Positions 19,031 to 28,500 of a stretch of DNA of 64,000 nt are shown here, piece after piece. Origin of the DNA: Deltaproteobacteria bacterium (GTDB taxonomy: Bacteria > Myxococcota_A > Polyangia > Fen-1088); contig JANRKS010000005.1 in the NCBI GenBank assembly GCA_033763315.1, positions 256,001 to 320,000 of the forward strand. Reading direction: 5' to 3'. The notes under the pieces are model-generated. The model was not told where the DNA came from. It saw only the letters and a program-made list of their open reading frames with translations, and did not search any database. Position numbers and translations under genes: made by a program. Each line of letters begins with the position of its first letter. Position 1 is the first letter of the stretch.

Positions 19031-19717
19031 TTAAGGGTTCGTGCGGGTCAGGATCATCATCTTTTGCCAGATCTTGCGCGACAGCCCCGAGGTGAGGTTT
19101 TCCAACTGATCCACAGCACGTTGCACTTCAGGATCAGTGAACTTCTCGGCCCACATTGCGGCCACTTTGCCTATGATCGACAGCATCTCAGAGCAGTAAT
19201 CGAGGTAACGGCCAAGTTCAAAACCGTTCATCGACCGCTTGGGCGATGATTTGGTGTCGGGCCCGCCCACCAATAACCGTTCGGGATCTTTGGTGAGCTG
19301 GTGCATATCGATCACGTGCGCCAATGAACGTAGATTGTGCAGCGCTTGCAGCGTGCGCCGCCGTTTCCATCTTGCTTCCAAGCTCCAGATCGACAGCAAT
19401 CCGGCGCCAATAAACACCATGCTGCCGAGGGCGGGCTCCAAAAATTGGATAAACCGCTCCATGTCATTGAGCCGCAGCTGCACCGAAGCGTGCGTGGCGA
19501 TGTAGATCCCGATCGCCGCGATTCCCGCCGCCAACACGACGTTCACAAGCCGCAGTGACCACGTGGGGCGCGAAAGGCGCGCGATGCGCTCTGCGGCTTG
19601 GCTGCTTTCCGTTTCAATCTGGGCAGCCACGCGCCCCAGGCCAGAGCCTGGAAAGCGCTGCTCGACGCGGCGTTTGAGTTGTTGAGCGGTCTCGGTGATG
19701 AGGAGTGGCTGCAGCAT
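19031..19717 (-). CDS. Conserved hypothetical membrane protein (2 TM)
   Basis: Two hydrophobic helices; LRSLAHVIDMHQLTKDP and RYLDYCSEMLS conserved-looking blocks. Confidence 0.7.
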   Translation of the reverse strand: MLQPLLITETAQQLKRRVEQRFPGSGLGRVAAQIETESSQAAERIARLSRPTWSLRLVNVVLAAGIAAIGIYIATHASVQLRLNDMERFIQFLEPALGSMVFIGAGLLSIWSLEARWKRRRTLQALHNLRSLAHVIDMHQLTKDPERLLVGGPDTKSSPKRSMNGFELGRYLDYCSEMLSIIGKVAAMWAEKFTDPEVQRAVDQLENLTSGLSRKIWQKMMILTRTNP

Positions 19718-19812
19718 TGCGCGCAGCAGAGTACCCTAAAAAGCTGCAGACGATTGGCGACGCTGTTGCCTTGCGTTGATGCAAGCGACCACCACCATGG
19801 GCGGCCGCGGCC

Positions 19813-20580
19813 TTAACCGCGGCCCGATCGCACTTGCAACCACGGCGTCTTGGCCAGCATGTAACCCACGAGCCCCGCGAGAACCACGGCTGTGCTGTGG
19901 AATGCAAAGTTGTGTGCGTGGCTGGGCGCGGTCTCGCACACAATCGATAGCGCCGCCTGGCTGCCCAACGCCCCTGCCGCCGCCGCCGCCGCCAATGACA
20001 CCGTGGGGCGTGTGAGTTTGCCCTGCCGCACCAACCAAGCGGCACACGCCAAGGCCGGCACCGACCAGGCGAGCGCAAACCCCAGGCATTGGAATCCCCC
20101 CGGCGCATGCACCGGCCCGCCGCCCCCCCACGCCGCGGCCATCACGGCCGACATGGCGGGCAACAGGGCGAACGCGGCCGGCGGGCCCACCAAGGTCACA
20201 CCCAACAAAGCCGACGCCGCAAAGCCGCCCGCCAACGCCCCGGCGAGTCTGCCCGATAGGCCCAATGTGAAATGTCCCGCCAATGGCACGAGCCCCGCTG
20301 CCAAAGCCGCCAACATCGGGACCAAAGCCCACACGCGGCGGGGCGCTGGTTCATGAGTGATCGCCCGGGCCAGCTCCGCCCGCACGCGCGCCAAGGCGTC
20401 GGCGCTGGGGGGCGTCGGTTGAGCAAACGTATCCAACAAGAACAGCGTTTGTTCAGCCTCGGCCAAGGCCGCGGCGCACGCAGCGCACGCTTGTGCGTGC
20501 GCGAACGCTGCCACGCGATCCGGATCGGCTGCGGCTAAGGCCACAAGGCCCGCGGCGTTGTCCTTGACGTGCGCGCTCAC
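19813..20580 (-). CDS. NrsF/DUF1109-like membrane anti-sigma factor
   Basis: GTGA coupling to ECF gene; HxxxCxxC zinc motif (HAQACAAC); about 6 TM with Cys and C-x-H-x-H C-terminal pattern. Confidence 0.75.
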   Translation of the reverse strand: MSAHVKDNAAGLVALAAADPDRVAAFAHAQACAACAAALAEAEQTLFLLDTFAQPTPPSADALARVRAELARAITHEPAPRRVWALVPMLAALAAGLVPLAGHFTLGLSGRLAGALAGGFAASALLGVTLVGPPAAFALLPAMSAVMAAAWGGGGPVHAPGGFQCLGFALAWSVPALACAAWLVRQGKLTRPTVSLAAAAAAGALGSQAALSIVCETAPSHAHNFAFHSTAVVLAGLVGYMLAKTPWLQVRSGRG

Positions 20581-21143
20581 AGCAGCCCTCGCAAATCTTG
20601 ACGCAATTTTTCGTACGCTCGGAACGCGCGCAGCTTGATGGCGCCCTCTGTGGTGCCCAGCGCTTCGGCAATCTGGGGAAACGACAACCCCTCAAAGCGA
20701 TGCAGGTGGATAATCACACGCTGGGCCTCAGGCAAAGCGTCCAACGCCGTTCGCACGCGCCGCGCACGCGCCGCCTCGTCCAGAATTTCATCGGCAGGCG
20801 GTGCTGGCTCCGGCGCCACGCTGTCGCCCGCCTCGGTATCGTCTTCCAGGGCCACGTGCTTGCCGGGATGCAACTTGCGCAGCTCATCCACCCGCACGCG
20901 CGCGGCGATTGAGAACAGCCAGGGCCGCAGCGGTTTGTCGCGCTGAAAATCGGCGCGCGCCTTATGCACCTTCAAAAAGGTGATCTGCGTCAGATCGTCC
21001 GCCACCGCGGTGTTGTTGAAAGTGCGCATAAAAAAACCGTAGACACGCGGCCCGAGGGCCGTGAACAAGCGATCGAAGGCCGTGCCATCTCCGGCGACAT
21101 ACGCCGCCATCAAAGCTTCCTCGCTTATTTCACCAGTTTCCAT
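20577..21143 (-). CDS. ECF sigma factor (SigF/ECF16-like)
   Basis: DDLTQITFLKVH, PWLFSIA, EGLSFPQIAEALG..AIKLRAFRAY. Confidence 0.93.
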   Translation of the reverse strand: METGEISEEALMAAYVAGDGTAFDRLFTALGPRVYGFFMRTFNNTAVADDLTQITFLKVHKARADFQRDKPLRPWLFSIAARVRVDELRKLHPGKHVALEDDTEAGDSVAPEPAPPADEILDEAARARRVRTALDALPEAQRVIIHLHRFEGLSFPQIAEALGTTEGAIKLRAFRAYEKLRQDLRGLL

Positions 21144-21149
21144 TGCGTA

Positions 21150-21175
21150 TACGGGCCACCCGGGGCGGCGGTTAC
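21150..21175 (-). promoter_or_regulatory. ECF autoregulatory promoter GTAACC-N16-CGTA
   Basis: Resembles the SigF/NrsF (ECF16) consensus GTAACC-N16-CGAA; 6 nt upstream of ATG (leaderless). Confidence 0.7.
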
Positions 21176-21223
21176 GGAGTATGGCGGTAATTGGTACGCG
21201 TTGCTAATCTCGGCCCCCACCCC

Positions 21224-22504
21224 ATGCTCGATCCCGCTTTGTACCCTTTGTCGCGCCTGGCCGACCAGCTTGGCACCCCGTTTTACCTTTACGACGCCCA
21301 GTACTTGCGCGCGGCGCTCGGGCGCCTGTCTAGTGCGGTGGAAGGCGAGCACTTGGTGTGTCGCTACGCGATGAAGGCCAATTCCGCGCGTAAGGTCCTG
21401 CAAACGGTCAAAGAAGCCGGCCTGTGGATCGACGCCGTCAGCGGCAACGAAGTCATGCGCGCCCTGCTTGCGGGCTTTCCGGGTGGCGCGGAGCCCCCTG
21501 TGGTTATGTTGACCACCGACGTGTTTCGCGACAACGCGCTCACCGCCGTGCTCGAACACCGGGTGCTGCCGAACATCGGCTCGCCCGGCATGGTGAATGA
21601 ACTGCGCGGCGCGGGCTACCGTGGCCCCATCGGTTTGCGCGTGAACCCTGGCTTTGGGCATGGCCACGTCAAGTCGTGTGATACGGGTGGTCCTTCGTCC
21701 AAGCACGGCATCTGGCCGGATCAGCTCGCCGCCGTACGCAAGGCGGCGGCAGATTCGAAGCTGCCGGTGGTCACCTTCCACGCACACGTAGGCACCGGCC
21801 CCGAGCTGCGTGAATTCGACGCGAATATGCGCCGCTTGGTGGAGTTCATGGCCACGTTGCTGCCGGAATTCCCTGATGTGAACGCTGTCAATTTGGGCGG
21901 CGGCATCCCGCACCCCTACCGCCCTGGAAAGCCGCAATATGATTTGCAGGCATGGTACCGCCCTGTGCTTGAGAACGCTGTGGCTTTGTTGGCGAAGGCG
22001 GCGGGGCGTCCGATTCGCGTTGAGATTGAGCCTGGCCGCTACCCTGTTGCAGGCATGGGTCTGTTGGTGACGCGGGTCAAGGACATCAAAGACACGCAAG
22101 CCAACGAGCGCGGCCCTGGTCATCGCTTCGTGATGGTGGACGCCGGCTTCGCCGATCTCGTGCGCCCAGCCATGTACGGTTCCTATCACCACATGACTGT
22201 GGTGGGCAAAGGCGCCACACGCGCACCCGAACCCTTGGTGGTGGCGGGGCCTTTGTGCGAAAGCGGCGACGTGTTCACGCGCGACGACAAAGAGCTCTTG
22301 GATCCACGTATGTTGCCGCGCCCTGAAGAAGGCGATCTATTGGTGCTGCACGATGCAGGCGCCTACGGCATGGCGATGAGCTCGAACTATGTGTCGCAAG
22401 GCCGTGCACCGCAGGTGTTCTGGGACAAAGGCCTTGCCACGCTCATCTCACGCCGCGAGACGATCGAAGATGTGGTCAAAGCGGAGTGCGAAGAAACGCT
22501 GTAG
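21224..22504 (+). CDS. lysA: Diaminopimelate decarboxylase
   Basis: YAMKAN PLP lysine, RVNPGFGHGH..TGG..SKHGIW, NLGGG, EPGRY, GPLCESGD, GAYG. Confidence 0.93.
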   Translation: MLDPALYPLSRLADQLGTPFYLYDAQYLRAALGRLSSAVEGEHLVCRYAMKANSARKVLQTVKEAGLWIDAVSGNEVMRALLAGFPGGAEPPVVMLTTDVFRDNALTAVLEHRVLPNIGSPGMVNELRGAGYRGPIGLRVNPGFGHGHVKSCDTGGPSSKHGIWPDQLAAVRKAAADSKLPVVTFHAHVGTGPELREFDANMRRLVEFMATLLPEFPDVNAVNLGGGIPHPYRPGKPQYDLQAWYRPVLENAVALLAKAAGRPIRVEIEPGRYPVAGMGLLVTRVKDIKDTQANERGPGHRFVMVDAGFADLVRPAMYGSYHHMTVVGKGATRAPEPLVVAGPLCESGDVFTRDDKELLDPRMLPRPEEGDLLVLHDAGAYGMAMSSNYVSQGRAPQVFWDKGLATLISRRETIEDVVKAECEETL

Positions 22505-22628
22505 TTTTTCCGCGCGATGCCCGACGAATGACGCCCATCGACACCACCTCGGACATCGATCGATTGGTGCTGCAGGATGCTGGCGCCTATTTATCACAGC
22601 GATGACTTTGAAGTATGGGCCACAAGTG

Positions 22629-22661
22629 TGGCACAAGCTGGCACGGTGCCAGTTTGTGCCA
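22629..22661. promoter_or_regulatory. 33-bp palindrome, putative enhancer (UAS) for sigma54 activator
   Basis: TGGCACAAGCTGGCAC-G-GTGCCAGTTTGTGCCA, one mismatch; about 75-110 bp upstream of a -24/-12 promoter. Confidence 0.65.
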
Positions 22662-22736
22662 GGTCTCATGCGCGCCGCCCCCATGCAAAACATGGCTTGA
22701 AGGCCTGCGCCGCTCAGAATCCCTGCCTTTTTCTCA

Positions 22737-22752
22737 TGGCACACGACCTGCA
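22737..22752 (+). promoter_or_regulatory. Sigma54 -24/-12 promoter
   Basis: TGGCAC-ACGAC-CTGCA, GG-N10-GC spacing. Confidence 0.75.
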
Positions 22753-22786
22753 CTAAGCAGGTGCCATGGACGCAAAAGGAATGAAC

Positions 22787-24163
22787 ATGAATTTGATACG
22801 GCGGATCGGGATGATGCGCAGTTTGCGGGGTGCGATGGCACTGTTGGCAATCGCTTGCGGAGCATGTGGCTCAAGCGATTCAAGCAATACCCCCGATGCT
22901 GGCAACTTGGTGGGGGGCGGCGATAGTGGCATCAATGGTGATGGCCCGCTTCTGGCCGGCGACGCGCCCGTGGTTGTTGCCGAAGCCGACTGCACAACGT
23001 TGGCGAACGGTGCCGTGTGCGGCGAACAAAGCATCTGTGTCAATCAACAGTGTGCCCCGTCTCGTTGTGGTGATGGCTTCGTAAATGTCTTGGCTCTTGA
23101 AGAGTGTGATGACGGCAATGATATGGTCGGCGACGGCTGCAGTCTTTGCCGATTCGATTGCAAGGCCAACCAAGAGTGCGATGACACGGACGTTTGCAAC
23201 GGTTCCGAAATTTGCGATCTTGCCAAACACGTTTGTGGCGCCGGCACCGTCCCTGCCGCGGGAACCTCATGTACCTTGAACCAAGGCGTGGCAGGAGCTT
23301 GCAACCAGGGGCAATGTGCCAAGGCAGGATGTGGCAACAGCATCAAAGACGCGGGTGAAGACTGCGATGACGGCAACAACGTGGACACCGACGGGTGTAC
23401 CAGCAAGTGTACGTTCACCTGCGTCGCCGATAAGGATTGCGACAACGGCAATGCGTGCGATGGTGTTGAAACGTGTAACGTGGCCACGCACGGCTGCAAG
23501 CAAGGTAAGCCCATCTCATGCGGCGCCAACGGCTGTGCAGGCGTGTGCGACCCCAACGCAGGCGCGTGTGTTTATGCAGACGTCGACAAGGACGGGGCTT
23601 CGTGTGATGCCGACTGCAACGATGCCGATCCGTCGCAATTCCCCGGCGCCTTTGAGTGTAAGGATGGCAAAGACAATGACTGCAGCATGAGCACTGCCGA
23701 TTCGTCGGCGCCTTCATGCGAATGCTATGTTGATGGTGACCGTGACGGCTTTGCCAGTTCTGTGGAGGGCGCGATAGCGGCTGCAGGAGTCTGTCCCATC
23801 GGCTACACCCGGACGAAACCAATTGATGCCAAGACAACCGATTGCGCCCCCAAGGTGGCAGCCGCGAATCCCGTACAGAAGTCGTACTTTCCAACGTCCT
23901 ACTGCACTGGCGCCGCACTTTGCATCAACAAATCCTTCGATTACAACTGCGACACCAAGGAGTCGTCATCATTTACCGAAGCACGTTTGGCAGCGGCAAG
24001 CTGCATCGGCGCCAAAGACGTTTTCTCGTGCGTATTTAGGTCGGGATGGGTGGCCGCAGCCGTCCCGGTCTGCGGAGGCAAGGGCACCTTTCGCCAGTGC
24101 TCCTTCGCGAATGGTGTGTGCACAGGCGTAGATCTCGCTGCGCACCCGCGCTCCTGCAACTAA
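22787..24163 (+). CDS. Cys-rich repeat lipoprotein (DUF4215/Myxococcus cysteine-rich + MopE-like motifs)
   Basis: AAGGA RBS; lipobox IACGAC; CGDG..EECDDGN..DGC twice, DCNDADPSQFPGA..DGKDNDC, DGDRDGF; alternative starts 22766/22781. Confidence 0.85.
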   Translation: MNLIRRIGMMRSLRGAMALLAIACGACGSSDSSNTPDAGNLVGGGDSGINGDGPLLAGDAPVVVAEADCTTLANGAVCGEQSICVNQQCAPSRCGDGFVNVLALEECDDGNDMVGDGCSLCRFDCKANQECDDTDVCNGSEICDLAKHVCGAGTVPAAGTSCTLNQGVAGACNQGQCAKAGCGNSIKDAGEDCDDGNNVDTDGCTSKCTFTCVADKDCDNGNACDGVETCNVATHGCKQGKPISCGANGCAGVCDPNAGACVYADVDKDGASCDADCNDADPSQFPGAFECKDGKDNDCSMSTADSSAPSCECYVDGDRDGFASSVEGAIAAAGVCPIGYTRTKPIDAKTTDCAPKVAAANPVQKSYFPTSYCTGAALCINKSFDYNCDTKESSSFTEARLAAASCIGAKDVFSCVFRSGWVAAAVPVCGGKGTFRQCSFANGVCTGVDLAAHPRSCN

Positions 24164-24193
24164 CCGCTTCAAAACGCGAGGTCAGAAAACGGG

Positions 24194-24227
24194 CCCCTGT
24201 CCTAAGCTTTGGGACAGGGGTTTTTTT
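24194..24227 (+). terminator. Rho-independent terminator overlapping the 3' end of the convergent EBP gene
   Basis: CCCCTGTCCT-AAGCTTT-GGGACAGGGG-TTTTTTT. Confidence 0.75.
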
Positions 24228-25521
24228 CTATCCACCGGCGCAACTGGGTTCGATGAATACCCAGCACCTTGGCGGCCGTTGCAACTTTGTTCTGGCAGCT
24301 CTGCAAAGCCTGCCGAATCGTTTCGTCCGAGGGAAACGGTCGAGTGGTCACGGACTGGGCTTCACCAGGCTCAAAGCCGCTTCCCGCGCTTTCAGACAAA
24401 CAATCACCTTTCACGATCAATTCGTCTTCCGCCAGGCTGGTCGCGACCGCCTGTCGAATCTCGATGAGAAGCTCACGAACGTTTCCTGGCCACGGACGCA
24501 GCAGGCAGGTTTCTATCAACGACACATGTGGCGTCAGCTTCGCATTGATTCGGCGCAGCTCGCGATCGATAAGGAACGGAATGTCTTCCAGGCGATCACG
24601 GAGCCTCGGCAGCGCCACCGCCGGCCGCGCCAAACGAAAATACAGATCCTCACGAAATGATTTCTCCGTGACGGACTGACGGAGGTCTTTGTGAGTCGCT
24701 GAACAAATCTGAAGCTCAACCTTGCGCGGGCGAGACGCGCCAAGCGCCAGAACCTCATGTGTTTCGATCACACGCAACAATTTTGCTTGTACGCCCAGAT
24801 CCAGGTCCGCAACTTCATCTAAGAAAAGGGTTCCGTTGTCCGCCGCCTGTATGTACCCGTCAACGTCTTGCGTGGCACCCGAAAAGGCGCCTTTACGGGC
24901 ACCGAACAACAGCCTTTCCGCAACACCTTCGGGTATCGCCGCACAATTGACAGCGACGAAAGGACCTTTTCTGAAAGGGCCCAACCTATGAAACGCACGT
25001 GCGGCCAGCTCCTTGCCCACGCCCGTATTGCCGGTGATGTGAAGGATGCCCGCTGTGGTGGCGCGCGCAATGCTGTCACACACTTGCTTCATGTGAGCGC
25101 CGACGACGCAATCGTCGATCACTTCCGTGGCGCAGCCAAGATAAGGCCGCAAATCTAAGCACAGAAGGAACAAGGTATCGCCCGTCCTGACCAAACGCAG
25201 GTGTGCGCCCGCGACCTGCCCTTGCGAGGGCAGAGCCACACCGTCCACGACGGTTGGGTTGCGGCTGGCCAGATCCTCAACCGTCCAAACACCGTTTTGA
25301 TGACCGACGCGGGCGTGCCTGCGCGACATGCGCCCATCACGCAGTTCAACACCTGGTATGGCGCCACGCCCGATCTCAATGATCCGGTCGTCAAGGGGGA
25401 TGGCCCCTGCCAGGGGTTCGCCGGCCGAAAACAATAGCAACAAACCGGGAACGGGGTTGCCGGCTTTTCCCTCCATCCTCGACAGGGCCGATTGATCGAT
25501 CGTTTCAGTGTTCTGATTCAC
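24202..25521 (-). CDS. FHA-domain sigma54-dependent enhancer-binding protein (FHA-AAA+-HTH)
   Basis: FHA IGR..MSRRHA..DLASRN; Walker A GNTGVGKE, GAFSGA loop, GTLFLDEV, FREDLYFRL, WPGNVREL, Fis HTH. Confidence 0.93.
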   Translation of the reverse strand: MNQNTETIDQSALSRMEGKAGNPVPGLLLLFSAGEPLAGAIPLDDRIIEIGRGAIPGVELRDGRMSRRHARVGHQNGVWTVEDLASRNPTVVDGVALPSQGQVAGAHLRLVRTGDTLFLLCLDLRPYLGCATEVIDDCVVGAHMKQVCDSIARATTAGILHITGNTGVGKELAARAFHRLGPFRKGPFVAVNCAAIPEGVAERLLFGARKGAFSGATQDVDGYIQAADNGTLFLDEVADLDLGVQAKLLRVIETHEVLALGASRPRKVELQICSATHKDLRQSVTEKSFREDLYFRLARPAVALPRLRDRLEDIPFLIDRELRRINAKLTPHVSLIETCLLRPWPGNVRELLIEIRQAVATSLAEDELIVKGDCLSESAGSGFEPGEAQSVTTRPFPSDETIRQALQSCQNKVATAAKVLGIHRTQLRRWIEKNPCPKA

Positions 25522-25531
25522 GACTTACGCC

Positions 25532-28500
25532 TCACATCGGCAAACGGGGCACAAGCAGGTTCATGAAGCCCTCCGGCCTGACCACCCCTCGTTCAAGCAG
25601 ATTGGCACTGGCTTCTTGTTGTAAGCGTCGCCCTTCGTCGCCACCCAGAAGCCTGCCCATGCGCTCTCTTGCGGCAGAGGCGTGCATCGGCATCTTCATC
25701 GCGTCGAAGGCTGTGGCCGCCTTGTCAAACGCAGCAAGTGCCACAGGCGGTGTCTTCGCCAACGCAGACAGGCCCGCCTCCAATCCAAGCGCGTACGCAC
25801 TTGCCAGCCCAGAGCGCTCGGTGTGCAAGTTCGTGATGATGGTTGTCACGGCCTTGATCTGAGATGGCGAAGGCGGTGAACTTCGTTGCAACCCTTCATC
25901 CAAGAGCGCGCGGCCCGTTAGATAGTTCATCTCGAACCTCAACGTGCGAATGCGCAGTTGCATTGCGCGCTTCATGTCGGCGCGGTGCCGTTCAAGCCGC
26001 GGCAAGGCGCGTTCTCCCGCGCCTTCGTAAAGATCGAGAAAACTCTGGGCGCGCAAACGTGCCCAATGCTGGTGATACCAAACATCGGCCGGCCAAACAG
26101 CGATCGCCGCGTCTGATTCTTTGCGTCCTTCATCGACGCGGTCTCGTGAGGCCCAAAGCAAGGGCATCGTATAGGCGCGCGCGGTGGACGTTGTGTACCT
26201 ATCACCGCGCGCCTCAGCCTCGCGCACGCATGCGGGACCGCGCTCAGCCACCTTGCCCAGATCCCCCATCAGAAACAACGAATGAAGAGCGAACCACACT
26301 TCAAGCGACCCAACTTCACGGAAGCTCTCTCTGCCCCCTTCACGTATCTTCGCGATAGCTTCATCGATGTGGTGTACGCAATTGGGCAGGTCGGAGAGCC
26401 CCCAAGCCACCACCCCCTGCGCCGCGGAAGCCAGGCCGATCGCGTGATTTGAGTTCGACGCTTGAGCAATGTCCTTGGCACGTCCAGCCCACACTTGTGC
26501 GATGGCCACCCCCTCTGCGGACTCGAGTGACTTGAGGATTGCCGAAATAGACAACGCCCGCGCCACCCGGTAACGCTCCCCCGTTTGAAGCGCCAGCAGT
26601 AAAGACTGAGCGTGGTAATTGGCACTGCGCACAAGATCGATGCCGGCCAAACCGAGGCCAAGGGTTAAGCAAGAATCAATGCGCGACAAGTCTTTGGAAT
26701 CACAGTCCGCTTCTGCCTTGGGGTTGAACTTGAAACCACGCGTCTTGAGTTTGGCTCGGTTCCACAACAGGCTGGCCAAGGCCCTTCCGGCGGTGCGCGG
26801 AGGCGCCAACCCTTCTTGCTCAAGCACTTGGCCGAACAGGGGCATGGCTTCTGCCACATGGCCTGAACGCAGGAACTCCTCGGCGGCCTCGCGACGAAGG
26901 CTTTGTGAGGTGGCAACGTCGCTCGTGATCGCCAATGTCAGCAGGTGTTGGCCGGCCTCGACGCCTCGACCCGCATTCGATAACGCCTGCGCCAGTTTTC
27001 GCGTGACCCGGCGTTTGCCTTCGTCTGAGGTGCAAAGCGAAAGGCAAACGTTGTAAAGGTCCACCGCGTGATCCAACGCCAGCGCTTGGCTTGCTCTATC
27101 GGCGGCACGCTCGGTCAGCTCCAAGGCTCGAGCGTTCTGCCCGGCCGCTCGATAGTGGTGGGCCAGGGTTTCCGGGTCTGAGCTCCCACCTTGTTCAAGC
27201 GCACGGGCGAGCTCAAAATGCATTTGTGACGCAACGGTGGGCGACATCGCCTCAGTAATGGCTGAGCGGACTTTGTCGTGAAGCAACTCAAACGCGACAG
27301 TTTCAGAGGTTCCCGTGCTTACCACCAAATGGTCATCGCGCAAACGATCGAGGCTATCGTTGAGGCTCTTTGTGCCAAGCTTGGTCACCGCCTCAAGCTC
27401 GGGAACGCTCAAGGGGCGCTCGCTGCAGGCCAGGCAGTCAAGCGTTGACCGCGCTTCGGCGGGAAGCTTTGTGATACGGGCCCCGAGGACCTTCTGCAAA
27501 GAAACGTCGGTGCTGCTGGTGCGTCCTGCCAACAAAGCAAGCACGAGCTCAGACACGAACAACGGGCTGCCACCCGATTCACGCGCAATGGTGACGGCGT
27601 GCTCAGCAGCATCTGGAACGTCGCCCAGCAGTGATAGCGCCAAAGTGCTGGCATCGTAGGGTGGCAAAGGCCCCACATCGAGTTCAATGTTGGTCCACGC
27701 TTTATCGCTCTCTCGTGGGGAGCGAAGAACGCGCAGCATCTCGTTGTCATTTTGTGCGTCACCACCTCTATAGCCAACCACCAACATCAACGGGGGTACA
27801 TCGGGCGGAGCCAATAAGTTTCTGAGCAGCATCGCGCTGTCGGCGTCACCCCACTGCACATCGTCGATGAACAAAATCAACCCGCGCGTATCCGTGAGGC
27901 GAGCGAATGTTTCCCTTAACGCTCCAAACGCGCGCAGCCGCAGCTCGTGTGGATCCGGCGAAGCGGGACGCCCCGGCAAGTCCCTCATGATTTCAAGCCG
28001 CCCCAAAGCCGGAAACAAGCGTACGAGCGCTCTGACGTCACGTGGAAGCAAACCAGCCGCCTCAAGAGGACGAAGACGCCGAAGGTACCGGCCAAGCGCA
28101 TCGACAAGGTCGTCCATGGCCTTGAACGGAACCGATTCGCGTTGGTAGCAGCGGCCCTCAAGAACAACGACGTCTTCGTACAACGCCAACGCCGAAAGAA
28201 AGCGGCGAACCAGGGTGGTTTTGCCATACCCCGAGCTGCCTCGGACATGCGCCACCACTGTCTGGCCTGCGCGCGAGAGCAAAAAACCTTCACGCAGTTT
28301 CGCCATCGCTTCCTGCCTACCCACAAAGGTGCCGGCCACGCTGCTCAACGCCCCAGGCGTTGGGCCTTTCGCCCCCAACGCGCGCGCGATTTCGGCAGCC
28401 GAAGGACGTGCCGTTGGATCACGCTGCAATAGGCGCATGGTTAGATCACAAAGATCGTTTGGAAGACCTTGGCATAAGGTGCGTGGGTCGCGTGGATCGC

